Part shown: positions 1 to 9,144 of the stretch, in pieces
Layout: every line of letters starts with the position of its first letter
Position numbering within the stretch: the first letter of the stretch is position 1
NCBI GenBank assembly: GCA_902803195.1
Contig: CADCOX010000046.1
Location: 1-33,316, forward strand
DNA length: 33,316 nt
Direction of reading: 5' to 3'
Source of the DNA: an uncultured Bacteroidales bacterium
GTDB lineage: Bacteria > Bacteroidota > Bacteroidia > Bacteroidales > Bacteroidaceae
The notes under the pieces: model-generated
Database searches by the model: none
Told to the model about the DNA's origin: nothing
What the model saw: only the letters and a program-made list of their open reading frames with translations
Position numbers and translations under genes: made by a program

Positions 1-2352
1 ACGCCTGTCCGCAAGGATGCCAAAGGCGATTGGGTACCCGACACTCGCGACGTTGTCCGGTTGTCGTCCGAGGCCACGGAGCGTCGCAATGCCCACCGCC
101 ACGCCCTCGCCCTCAACACGCGGAGACTCATGAAAGCACCCCATCGGGCAGGCACCTCAGCGGCCACCGACGTCAAGAAACGTGGCCTGCTCATCTTAGT
201 CAATTTCACCGACGAACAATTCTCGAATACCGCCGAACGCTGTCAGACCATCTACTCGCAGATGCTCAATGGCATTGGTACTCCATACGGTAAGAATTTT
301 GGTAGCGTGCGCGAGTACTTCCGCGCCCAAAGCTACGGACAGTTCGACATCGAGTTCGATATCGAAGGACCTGTCACTGTGTCAAAAAATATGGCCTATT
401 ACGGCGGCAACGACGCCAACGGCGACGATAAGGCGCCTGCCAAGATGGTGGCTGAGGCCATCGCCCTCGTCGATGACAAAGTCGACTTCAAGAACTACGA
501 CTGGGACGGTGACGGCGAGGTTGAGAACATTTATGTACTCTATGCCGGATATAGCGAGGCCTCTGGTGCTGACGAGAACACCATTTGGCCCCATCAGTGG
601 CAACTCAGCGATGCCGGCGTTGGCAGGGTCAAGGTGGACGGTGTCACCGTCGATACCTACGCCTGCGGCTCCGAGCTTTTGGGCACCAGCGGCAAGACCC
701 TCGACGGCATCGGCACCATGTGCCACGAGTACAGCCACTGCCTCGGTCTGCCCGACTTCTACGACTCCGCCGGGAAGAACTTCGGCATGGGCGAGTGGAG
801 CATCATGGACTACGGCTGCTACAACAACAACGGCTTCTGCCCAGCCGCCTACACGGCCTACGAGCGTTGGTTCAGCGGATGGCTCGATCCCGTCGAACTC
901 ACCGAGGGCACCGTCGTCACTGACATGCCTTGCATCGAGGAGAACCCCGTCGCCTACGTCGTCTACAACGACCGCAACCACAACGAGTACTATCTCCTCG
1001 AGAACCATCAGAAAGTGGGGTGGAACAAGTACGCCAGCGGCCATGGCATGCTGGTCGTGCACGTCGACTACGACCAGAATGCTTGGTACAACAATGTGGT
1101 CAATAATATGGCTTCGCGGCAGCGCATGACCATCATTCCTGCCGACAACAAGTTGACGAGCGCTACCCTTTCGGGTGACCCTTATCCCAACGGCGGCCGC
1201 AACACGGCCCTCACCGACGCATCGAAACCCGCTGCCACCCTCTATCGTGCCAACACCGACGGTGCCAAACTTATGCATAAACCCATCGAGAAGATCACCG
1301 AGTCGGGCGGTCTCGTAGGCTTTACCTTCATGGGTGGTGCCCCCGCCTTGGACGTCCCCGAGCCTGTGACGGACGAATCACTGATGGCCCTTACCTCCAC
1401 AGGGTTCCTTGCCTCATGGGGGGATGTCGACGGAGCTTTAGGATACAAACTGCGCTGGGCAGAGGTCGACGATGACGATTCGGGCGAAGACCCTGCAGAC
1501 AGAATCATGCTCTACGAGGATTTCGAGAAGTTAATAGCAGAGTCCGACGGTACTAAAGACCTCGGGTCCTCGCTCGATAATTATATGTCCACCCCTGGAT
1601 GGACTGGGCAAGCCGTCTACAAAGGCATGTACGGGGCCAAGCTGGCTACCACCGAGAAACCTGGTTCGCTTACGACGCCCTTGCTGAAAGGCGGCTCGGG
1701 CACAATGACCCTCCTCGTGGACTGTTCTCATTACAAAAACGACAGCGCCAAACCCACCTTCTCCTTCCTCGACAAGAATGACAATGAGGTCTCTTCCTTC
1801 GAGTTCGAGCCCGACGACGAATTCATCCTATGGTATGAGTTCGAGGAGGGTGTGCCTGCTGACGTGAAGCTTAGCATCTCCACCACGGCAGGCAAGCGCG
1901 TCTACGTTGGTGGCCTCTTTGCCTTCGATGCTATCCTTACTGAGGACGAGGTCAACGGTTTTCTTGAAAAGGCCTTCGGCGAGAGCGAAGCGCCCAAGCA
2001 CGTGAAGAGGCAGCGTCTCGCTTGTGCGCCCCGTCGTGCCGAGCCCGTCTACGACCTCATTGGCGGCATCACCAACGCCAGCTACACCTTCGAAGGGCTC
2101 ACCCCCGGCAAAACCTATTCCTGGCAGGTGCAGGCCTATGGAGACGAAGGCGTCTTCTCGGAATGGAGCCCCCTCGTCACCGTCAAACTACCCTTGAACG
2201 AGGACGTCGATGGCCTGCGCGAGCTCCCCGTGCGTGATGGGACTCCTGCCGGCGCCACCATCGTCGACCTCGCTGGACGAAGCATCGACGCGAGCCGTCC
2301 GCTCCGCCGCGGCCTGTATGTCGTTGGCGGCAAGAAGATGGTCGTGCGCTGA
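1..2352 (+). CDS. M6-family (immune inhibitor A-like) zinc metalloprotease with C-terminal T9SS sorting domain; 5' end runs off the window
   Basis: Frame is open from base 1, with no stop before the TTG at 61 used by the ORF track. HEYSHCLGLPDFYD HExxH zinc block. FN3-like segment (GLTPGKTYSWQVQAYGDEGVFSEWSP). C-terminal ...RRGLYVVGGKKMVVR tail typical of Bacteroidota Por/T9SS CTDs. Confidence 0.8.
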   Translation, partial: TPVRKDAKGDWVPDTRDVVRLSSEATERRNAHRHALALNTRRLMKAPHRAGTSAATDVKKRGLLILVNFTDEQFSNTAERCQTIYSQMLNGIGTPYGKNFGSVREYFRAQSYGQFDIEFDIEGPVTVSKNMAYYGGNDANGDDKAPAKMVAEAIALVDDKVDFKNYDWDGDGEVENIYVLYAGYSEASGADENTIWPHQWQLSDAGVGRVKVDGVTVDTYACGSELLGTSGKTLDGIGTMCHEYSHCLGLPDFYDSAGKNFGMGEWSIMDYGCYNNNGFCPAAYTAYERWFSGWLDPVELTEGTVVTDMPCIEENPVAYVVYNDRNHNEYYLLENHQKVGWNKYASGHGMLVVHVDYDQNAWYNNVVNNMASRQRMTIIPADNKLTSATLSGDPYPNGGRNTALTDASKPAATLYRANTDGAKLMHKPIEKITESGGLVGFTFMGGAPALDVPEPVTDESLMALTSTGFLASWGDVDGALGYKLRWAEVDDDDSGEDPADRIMLYEDFEKLIAESDGTKDLGSSLDNYMSTPGWTGQAVYKGMYGAKLATTEKPGSLTTPLLKGGSGTMTLLVDCSHYKNDSAKPTFSFLDKNDNEVSSFEFEPDDEFILWYEFEEGVPADVKLSISTTAGKRVYVGGLFAFDAILTEDEVNGFLEKAFGESEAPKHVKRQRLACAPRRAEPVYDLIGGITNASYTFEGLTPGKTYSWQVQAYGDEGVFSEWSPLVTVKLPLNEDVDGLRELPVRDGTPAGATIVDLAGRSIDASRPLRRGLYVVGGKKMVVR

Positions 2353-2423
2353 GCGAATCGCTATTATCAATTCGCCAATCTTGGTGTATTTCAACTTTCA
2401 ACTTCAAATCCTCAAATACAACA

Positions 2424-3485
2424 ATGGACAATCGACTTCATCTCGTCATAATGGCTGGAGGCATCGGCAGCCGCTTCTGGCCGATGAGTACCCCCGAGCG
2501 CCCCAAGCAGTTCATCGACGTCCTCGGTTGTGGCCGCACACTTCTGCAGCTGACCGTGGACCGTTTCGGCGACATTTGCCCCGCAAGCAACATATGGGTC
2601 GTCACCAGTGCCGCTTATGCTGACATCGTCTATGAGCAGTTGCCCAATGTACCCCACAGCCACATTCTCCTCGAGCCTTGCCGCCGCAATACGGCGCCTT
2701 GCATAGCCTACGTGAGTTGGCGCATCAAAGCCGAGGACCCGCGCGCTAATATCGTAGTCACGCCCTCCGACCATATCGTGATGAACGTACAGGAGTTCCG
2801 TCGCGTTGTCGCTTCAGCGCTGCGTTTCACAGCCGAGACCGACAGCATTGTCACACTCGGCATGAAACCCACACGCCCCGAGACCGGTTACGGCTACATC
2901 CAGGCCGACCTCAGTACGCCCTCAGCACGCAACCGTGAGGTCTACCGCGTCGACTCTTTCCGAGAGAAACCCGACTTGGCCACGGCCGAGCGCTACATCC
3001 GCCGCTCCAATTTCTTCTGGAACAGCGGACTCTTCATCTTCAGAGTGACCACCATCGTGAATGCTCTCCGTATCTATGCCCCCGAGATTTCACAGATCTT
3101 CGAGGCCTTGCTGCCTATCTATGGCACAGAGCGAGAGCAGGACATCATCAACGAGCGCTTCCCCGAGTGCCCCAGCATCAGCATCGACTATGCTGTTATG
3201 GAAAAGTCAGAGGAAATCTTCGTTTTCCCAGCCGACTTCGGGTGGAGCGACCTCGGCACTTGGGGCTCCCTCTATGAGCGCATGCCCAAAGACCCCTCAG
3301 GCAACGTCGGCATAGGTCCTGCCATTGAGTTCTACGAGAGCCGCGACTGCATAGTTCATGCCACGCAGGAGCGCCGTGTCATCGTCCAGGGACTCGACAA
3401 TTATATTGTGGCTGAGAAAGACAACGCCCTGCTCATCTGCCGACGCTCTGAGGAGCAGCGCATCCGTCAGTTCGTCGAGCAGTAA
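2424..3485 (+). CDS. manC: mannose-1-phosphate guanylyltransferase (GDP-mannose pyrophosphorylase)
   Basis: 353 aa with ATG start. N-terminal nucleotidyltransferase motif LVIMAGGIGSRFWPMS...PKQF. Overall length and layout of the ManC family. Confidence 0.85.
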   Translation: MDNRLHLVIMAGGIGSRFWPMSTPERPKQFIDVLGCGRTLLQLTVDRFGDICPASNIWVVTSAAYADIVYEQLPNVPHSHILLEPCRRNTAPCIAYVSWRIKAEDPRANIVVTPSDHIVMNVQEFRRVVASALRFTAETDSIVTLGMKPTRPETGYGYIQADLSTPSARNREVYRVDSFREKPDLATAERYIRRSNFFWNSGLFIFRVTTIVNALRIYAPEISQIFEALLPIYGTEREQDIINERFPECPSISIDYAVMEKSEEIFVFPADFGWSDLGTWGSLYERMPKDPSGNVGIGPAIEFYESRDCIVHATQERRVIVQGLDNYIVAEKDNALLICRRSEEQRIRQFVEQ

Positions 3486-3619
3486 ACCTCAGCCGAGCAG
3501 GGAATAAACGACCCTCCAAGTAGGTCTCAAGTCATCAGTCGAGCGGGCATAAGCCATTATTAGCGCAAGCACAATCGTCCCTTCTTACAGCACAATCGTC
3601 TCGATTCCATTCGTCTTCT

Positions 3620-6160
3620 ATGCGAAAACTACTCTCTTTACCTCCCAGTCTCGTTCCGGCCTTCCATCAAGTGGAGGGCGTCGATGAGTCAGAATACTAC
3701 TGCACGTCCGACCCCGTAGGCCATCGCGTAGGGTCGGGTGGGGGAACGGTTTGGCTCCTCCAACAAGCCGCCTCTGACCCGCAGTTCCACTTCCGTTTGG
3801 GCGACGATCGTCAAGCCACTGAGCGCTGCATCATCGTTCACGCCGGTGGTCAGGGTCGCCGCCTGCCCGCCTACGCCCCCAGCGGCAAGATTCTCACGCC
3901 CATGCCGCCGCTTCACGGCGACCTCTACGGCCCCAGCTTGCTGTCGATGCAGATGCCTTTGCTCGAACGCATCATGGAGGCTGCTCCGTCATCGCTCCGC
4001 ACGATAATAGCGTCGGGCGACGTGCTCATCACTGCGGCCGACCACCTCGACCCTCTGCCCAGCGCCGACGTCGTATGCTATGGCTTGCCAGCAAGCCCCT
4101 ACCGCCTCTCGCGCCACGGCGTCTATGCTATGCCCAAGAATGCCCCCACGCAGCTTGATTTTATGATGCAAAAGCCGACCGTCGAACGGCTCAGCGCCCT
4201 CGAGGCCACCCACGACTGCCTGCTCGACATCGGTCTCTGGCTACTCAGTGAGAGGGCTTTGCGACTCCTGCAGCAGCGTGCCACTGACGAGCATGGCGCC
4301 ATTCAGTCCTATGACCTTTACTCCGATTTCGGCGGTTCACTCGGCATGCACCCTACTACGCCCGACCCCGAACTCTCCACGCTCTCCGTCGCCATCCTGC
4401 CCTTGCCCGAAGGGCGTTTCCTGCACTTCGGCTCGTGTTCCGACTTGATTGCATCGGCCTCTATTCTCGCCGGCAGCGATAACGTTGAACGCGTGTGGGT
4501 GGAGAACAGCTGCGCCGACGGATGGACGTTCTGCGGCGAGAATATTGTCACTGGCGTGCCCGAGAACGGTTGGAAACTTCAGCTCCGACAAGGCCTCTGC
4601 ATCGACGTCGTCCCCATGCGCGGTGGCGGCTTTGCCCTTCGTCCCTATGGCTTCGGCGATGCATTCCGCGGCACCTTAGCCGAGCCCGAGACGACTTATC
4701 TCGGCCAACCCTTCTTCCAGTGGGTAGGCCAGCGAAACCTGCTCAGCGAGTTCGACTCGAGCACTGACATCCAATTCGTGCCCCTCTTCCCCGTCGTCTC
4801 CACGATGGCTGAGGCCGAGCTTATCTTCCGCTGGATGACCAGCGACGTTCGCGACGAGAACGCCCGTCAGGCTTATCTCCGTTGCCCCCGCCTCTCGGCA
4901 CAGCAGATTTCCGACCAAGCAGACATCGAGGCACTTGCCGCTCAGCGACTGCGTCTGCGTCGTCGCAACTACAACGAGCAACAGGCTTTCTCCGGACTGC
5001 GCCGCCATCTGGCTACTACAGTGCGCCGTGGCGGACGAACCCCCGACCTTGCTGCGCTGACCACAATCGTAACCGCCTCCTCGCCTCTGCGCATTGACAT
5101 AAGCGGCGGCTGGACCGACACTCCTCCCTTCTGCCTCTATCATGGCGGAAGCGTGGTCAATCTGGCCATCGACCTCGATGGCGAGGCTCCTCTCTCCTGC
5201 ACCCTCAAACCCCTCGACGAGCCGCTGATTCGCATGCGCTCCGTCGACTTGCAGGCTTCTGAGGATGTGCGCTCATGGGAACAGCTGCGCGATTATGCGC
5301 ATCTGGGCGAGGCTTTTTCCATTTCCAAGGCAGCCCTCTCGCTTGCGGGCTTCGCGCCTGAGTTCTGCTCCAAGCCCTACGCCTCGCTCGCGGAGCAACT
5401 TGGTGGACGTGGCTTCGAGATTATCACCCACAGCCGTGTACCAGCTGGCAGCGGATTGGGCACCAGCAGCATCCTCGCTGCTACCGTCCTTGAGGCCGTT
5501 GGACGTGCTTTTGCACTCGAATGGACGCGCGAGGACGTTTGCCAGCTTACTCTTGTGCTCGAGCAGTTGCTCACGGCTGGAGGCGGTTGGCAGGACCAAT
5601 ACGGAGGTATCTATGGCGGTGCCAAACTGCTTACGACGTTGCCCGGTTCCGTCCAGCGACCTTTGATTGAGCAGCTGCCCACCGATCTCTGGACTCATCC
5701 CGACTTGGCCCCTCGTCACCTACTATATTTCACGGGCATGACCCGCATGGCACGGCAGATTCTGGCCGAAATCGTGCGTGATATGTATTTGCAGAATCCT
5801 GCGCAGCGCCATCTGCTCATGCAGATGAAGGCCGAAGCGCAACTGATGGCGACCGCTCTTCGAGTGTCGGCCTCGACCAACGACCTGCAAGCCGCCTTCA
5901 CCGCCTACGGACGCCTGCTCCGTCTCAATTGGCAGCGCAACCAACAACTCGATGCAGGATGCCTGCCCCCGGCCATAGCACGGCTTACGACCCTTATCGA
6001 CGACCTCTGCGAGGGTTACAAACTGCCCGGTGCCGGCGGCGGCGGATTCCTCTATATTGTGGCCAAAGATGCAGAGGCTGCCTGTCGTATTCGTCAGATT
6101 CTCAATGAGAACGCACTCTCTCCAACGGCTCGTTTCTACGAGATGAGCGTTCACCCTTAA
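3620..6160 (+). CDS. fkp: bifunctional L-fucokinase / fucose-1-phosphate guanylyltransferase (Fkp-like)
   Basis: 846 aa. N-terminus MRKLLSLPPSLV...CTSDPVGHRVGSGGGTVWLL resembles Bacteroides Fkp. C-terminal GHMP-kinase ATP motif PAGSGLGTSSILAATV. Confidence 0.8.
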   Translation: MRKLLSLPPSLVPAFHQVEGVDESEYYCTSDPVGHRVGSGGGTVWLLQQAASDPQFHFRLGDDRQATERCIIVHAGGQGRRLPAYAPSGKILTPMPPLHGDLYGPSLLSMQMPLLERIMEAAPSSLRTIIASGDVLITAADHLDPLPSADVVCYGLPASPYRLSRHGVYAMPKNAPTQLDFMMQKPTVERLSALEATHDCLLDIGLWLLSERALRLLQQRATDEHGAIQSYDLYSDFGGSLGMHPTTPDPELSTLSVAILPLPEGRFLHFGSCSDLIASASILAGSDNVERVWVENSCADGWTFCGENIVTGVPENGWKLQLRQGLCIDVVPMRGGGFALRPYGFGDAFRGTLAEPETTYLGQPFFQWVGQRNLLSEFDSSTDIQFVPLFPVVSTMAEAELIFRWMTSDVRDENARQAYLRCPRLSAQQISDQADIEALAAQRLRLRRRNYNEQQAFSGLRRHLATTVRRGGRTPDLAALTTIVTASSPLRIDISGGWTDTPPFCLYHGGSVVNLAIDLDGEAPLSCTLKPLDEPLIRMRSVDLQASEDVRSWEQLRDYAHLGEAFSISKAALSLAGFAPEFCSKPYASLAEQLGGRGFEIITHSRVPAGSGLGTSSILAATVLEAVGRAFALEWTREDVCQLTLVLEQLLTAGGGWQDQYGGIYGGAKLLTTLPGSVQRPLIEQLPTDLWTHPDLAPRHLLYFTGMTRMARQILAEIVRDMYLQNPAQRHLLMQMKAEAQLMATALRVSASTNDLQAAFTAYGRLLRLNWQRNQQLDAGCLPPAIARLTTLIDDLCEGYKLPGAGGGGFLYIVAKDAEAACRIRQILNENALSPTARFYEMSVHP

Positions 6161-6165
6161 AGCAT

Positions 6166-7155
6166 ATGTTTCAAGAGCCAATCATCAAATGGGGCTTCAT
6201 CGGTTGCGGCGAAGTGACCGAAAAGAAGAGCGGACCCGCCTTCAGCTTGATTGAAGGCTCCCAGGTCGTCGCCGTCATGAGCCGTAATCCGGCACGTGCG
6301 CGCGATTATGCCGACCGCCATCACATCAAGCGCTGGTACACCGACGCCCAAAGTTTGCTTAACGACCCCGAGGTAAATGCAGTCTATATAGCCACTCCAC
6401 CCTCGTCCCATGCCACCTACGCCATCATGGCTATGAAGGCGGGCAAACCTGTCTACGTGGAGAAACCCTTGGCCGCCAGCTATGAGGAGTGCCTACGCGT
6501 CAATCGTGTCGCACAAGAGACTGGCATGCCTTGCTTCGTCGCCTACTACCGTCGATACCTGCCTTATTTTCAGCGTGTAAAAGAAATCGTGCGTAGCGGA
6601 CAAATTGGCAAGGTCGTCGGCGTACAGATTCGTTTCGCCGTTCCTCCGCGAGATGTCGATTACAACCGCCGCGACCTCCCTTGGCGCGTGCAGCGAGATA
6701 TTGCAGGCGGAGGCTATTTCTACGACCTCGCGCCCCATCAACTCGACCTCCTGCAGGAACTCTTCGGGCCCATCACTCGTGCTGTTGGCTTCTGCTCCAA
6801 CCGTGCTGGGCTTTACGAGACCGAGGACACCGTCAGCGCCGCCTTCCAGTTCCCCGACGGCTTGCCCGGCAGCGGCACTTGGTGTTTCTGCGCTCACGAG
6901 TCGGCACGTACCGACCGCATCCAGATAATTGGCGACCGCGGACGTGTCGTTTTCTCCGTCTTCACCTACGAACCCATCGAGCTTTACGTCGAAGAGGGGC
7001 GGAAGGAGATTCCTGTTCCGAACCCGCCGCATGTGCAGATGCCCTTGATTCAGAACGTGGTCAGCCACCTGCAGGGCAAAGCCCTCTGCCAGCTTGACAG
7101 CGTCTCTGCTACCTCCGTCAATTGGGTTATGGACAAAATACTAGGGAAAATCTGA
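6166..7155 (+). CDS. Gfo/Idh/MocA family NAD(P)-dependent oxidoreductase
   Basis: 329 aa. N-terminal Rossmann motif WGFIGCGEV, and EKPLA motif (VYVEKPLAAS). Starts 5 bp after the fkp stop, so probably co-transcribed. Confidence 0.85.
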   Translation: MFQEPIIKWGFIGCGEVTEKKSGPAFSLIEGSQVVAVMSRNPARARDYADRHHIKRWYTDAQSLLNDPEVNAVYIATPPSSHATYAIMAMKAGKPVYVEKPLAASYEECLRVNRVAQETGMPCFVAYYRRYLPYFQRVKEIVRSGQIGKVVGVQIRFAVPPRDVDYNRRDLPWRVQRDIAGGGYFYDLAPHQLDLLQELFGPITRAVGFCSNRAGLYETEDTVSAAFQFPDGLPGSGTWCFCAHESARTDRIQIIGDRGRVVFSVFTYEPIELYVEEGRKEIPVPNPPHVQMPLIQNVVSHLQGKALCQLDSVSATSVNWVMDKILGKI

Positions 7156-7203
7156 GCAATGATTTCGCAATTGACCAGCGATTGTTGGCGCTCCCTCAAT
7201 CAC

Positions 7204-7283
7204 TCGATTGCGCTCGGCGTTTTTGTCGCCGCGAAAACCACGGACATTCGATAGCGCTCGGCGATTTTGTCGCCGAGAAAAAG
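7204..7283. repeat. two tandem copies of a REP-like hairpin element (CGCTCGGCGnTTTTGTCGCCGnGAAAA)
   Basis: Copies at about 7204-7239 and 7247-7283. Copy 2 forms an 8-bp stem CTCGGCGA/TCGCCGAG with loop TTTTG. A third, near-identical copy lies at 27181-27218. Confidence 0.65.
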
Positions 7284-7297
7284 ATTAGCTCCTATTA

Positions 7298-8680
7298 TTG
7301 CCCCCAACATTCATTCTAATCACTTCAACCCTCAGAAATCACTTGAGCCGCCAACTGTTGACATACTCTCTGAGCCTGCTGCTCGCTCTCGCGTCCGCGA
7401 CTGTCTACGCTCAGAACGTCCGTAAAGGGCGCCCCGTCATCGACGATCCCATGGGCACCCTCTCCCGCACCGACAGTGTCCTTGTCGTCGGCGACTCGGT
7501 CTGTGTCGACCCTTCTGAGGGCGAACCCTTCATGCTGCCGCGTCTCTCTGAGTTCAAGGACATCCATCGCGACCCCTCGCTCAACAAGCTGCAGAAGATG
7601 CGCGAGTACGGCAACTTTTTTGTGCGCGTAGTCGATGCCTTCGATGCCATCGATACCAACTACGTTGAGCGAATCGGGTACAACTTCACGGCTATGCTGC
7701 AGGCCACTTCCAACTTCGAGTTCTACTCCATCGGTACGCGCGATTACGTTCACTCGCTCGCTTTCGCACAGCATCCCGACTTGCGCATTGGCCCTTACTT
7801 CGGTTGGCGCTGGCTTTTCTTCGGATATACTTTCGATGTGACCGACCTCGGCTCCAAGAGCGTCAAGACTGGACAGAAGTTCGAGTTTTCTATTTATACA
7901 TCCATGCTCGATGTCGACCTCATTTACCGCAAAACGGGGTCGGATTTCTTCATCCGCAAGGTCCGCGGGCTGAGCGAAAATGCGCTCGACTACGAAGGGC
8001 AGGACTGCCGTTTCATCGACGCCAGCGTCGTCGGCGCCAGCATCTACTACAACATCAACCATCGGCGCTTCTCCAGCCCTGCCGTTTTCTCGCAGAGCAC
8101 CATCCAACGCCGTTCGGCGGGTTCCTGGCAGGTAGGCGCCAGTGTCACCCACCACGACATCCATTACCACTACAGCGCACTACCCGAGGCACTCAGGGCT
8201 GAGACCTCCACCGAGAACCAATTCCGTTCGCTTGAGCGATTGAAGTACATCGACTACAGCCTTACTGGCGGATATGCCTACAACTGGGCTTTCCGTCGCG
8301 GCTGGTGCCTGGGTGTCTCGCTGACCCCAGCCATTGGCTACAAGCGCACTAGTACCAAGACCGTCCTTCTCGAAGAGGAAGAGGATCCCTTGCCCACTCA
8401 TGACTCGCGTTTCCTCAACCGTCTCGATGAAATCTTCCGTCGGCGCGGAAATGTCAACTTTGACATAACAGGTCGCCTCGGTCTAATTTATAATACGGGC
8501 CGCTGGTTCGTAGGCGCCTTTGGAGTCGTCCACAACTACAACTACCATCGAGGTGACCTCCAGTTCTCCAACACCTTCGGAAACGCCAACCTCTGCGTCG
8601 GCTTCTACTTCCAACGTAAGCGCACTCCTGCCTCGCCCGACCGCCCCGTCAAAGGCGGTGGTGTCCGCCTTGGGATGTAA
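7298..8680 (+). CDS. putative outer-membrane beta-barrel protein (DUF4421-like), signal peptide
   Basis: 460 aa with a TTG start. The signal-like LLTYSLSLLLALASATVYAQ precedes the first ATG, so an alternative start is needed. IGPYFGWRWLFFGYTFD block recalls DUF4421. Aromatic-rich alternating strands. The family call is from memory only. Confidence 0.55.
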   Translation: MPPTFILITSTLRNHLSRQLLTYSLSLLLALASATVYAQNVRKGRPVIDDPMGTLSRTDSVLVVGDSVCVDPSEGEPFMLPRLSEFKDIHRDPSLNKLQKMREYGNFFVRVVDAFDAIDTNYVERIGYNFTAMLQATSNFEFYSIGTRDYVHSLAFAQHPDLRIGPYFGWRWLFFGYTFDVTDLGSKSVKTGQKFEFSIYTSMLDVDLIYRKTGSDFFIRKVRGLSENALDYEGQDCRFIDASVVGASIYYNINHRRFSSPAVFSQSTIQRRSAGSWQVGASVTHHDIHYHYSALPEALRAETSTENQFRSLERLKYIDYSLTGGYAYNWAFRRGWCLGVSLTPAIGYKRTSTKTVLLEEEEDPLPTHDSRFLNRLDEIFRRRGNVNFDITGRLGLIYNTGRWFVGAFGVVHNYNYHRGDLQFSNTFGNANLCVGFYFQRKRTPASPDRPVKGGGVRLGM

Positions 8681-8744
8681 GCGAGCAGCCAATTAGTGGT
8701 TGTTCCGCCTACACAAGCAAGTGAGCTTATGCTCTTTGACAGTT

Positions 8745-8760
8745 TTGCCAATATTGGCAA
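8745..8760. promoter_or_regulatory. perfect 16-bp palindrome TTGCCAATATTGGCAA
   Basis: Read directly from the sequence. Lies immediately next to the 22-bp repeat array at 8765-8853. Function unknown (operator or hairpin). Confidence 0.4.
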
Positions 8761-8764
8761 ATCA

Positions 8765-8853
8765 TTGAGCGTCTATACGCTTCGCCCTGAACGAATATAC
8801 GCTCCGCCTTGAGCGAATATACGCTCAGCCCTGAGCGAATATACGCTCACGCC
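8765..8853 (-). repeat. 4 tandem 21-23-bp repeats, reverse-complement members of the family at 30846-31025
   Basis: Units at 8765-8787, 8788-8808, 8809-8831 and 8832-8853, with core GAGCGAATATACGCTC (itself an inverted repeat). The reverse complement GGGCTGAGCGTATATTCGCTCAA matches GGGCTTGAGCGTATATTCGCAAA of the other array. Degenerate extra units at about 8854-8880 and 9076-9098. Confidence 0.8.
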
Positions 8854-8989
8854 ATTACGTATAATTCGTGTGCCTTTTGATGTTTGGGATTACCTTCTAT
8901 CGGATGGGAATTGTTTACACCACCAAGAAGAGAGTACCTGCCAGATAACTTTTAGCGAACAGTAATAGTTTGTTTATGTTTGGCGACTG

Positions 8990-8997
8990 CAAAGATA
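8990..8997 (-). promoter_or_regulatory. orphan Bacteroidota -7 box (TATCTTTG on minus strand) pointing into the repeat array
   Basis: Plus-strand CAAAGATA is TATCTTTG on the minus strand, identical to the boxes upstream of three annotated genes here (27274, 30660, 32190). No ORF with an ATG follows it before the array. Confidence 0.35.
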
Positions 8998-9004
8998 AAC
9001 AAAA

Positions 9005-9033
9005 GGGCTGACACCTTTGAGTGGTGACAGCCC
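9005..9033. terminator. bidirectional intrinsic terminator-like hairpin between convergent OM genes
   Basis: GGGCTGACACC-TTTGAG-TGGTGACAGCCC stem of about 11 bp with one mismatch. Flanked by AAAA on the left and TAATTTTTG on the right, giving a U-tract on both strands. Confidence 0.6.
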
Positions 9034-9144
9034 TAATTTTTGTCTGATGACTTAATGTTTAGCGGACAGCAATAATTGCGTATATACGCTTATGGCGCTA
9101 CCTGCAATTATAAACGCTTGAATAATTGCGGAAACCGATATCAC

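Noticed and set aside
3569-3602. 11-bp direct repeat GCACAATCGTC occurring twice upstream of fkp, and a 6-bp stem GCGAAT...ATTCGC after the protease stop (2353-2375).
   Set aside because: They are short enough to arise by chance and have no supporting context. They are noted only.
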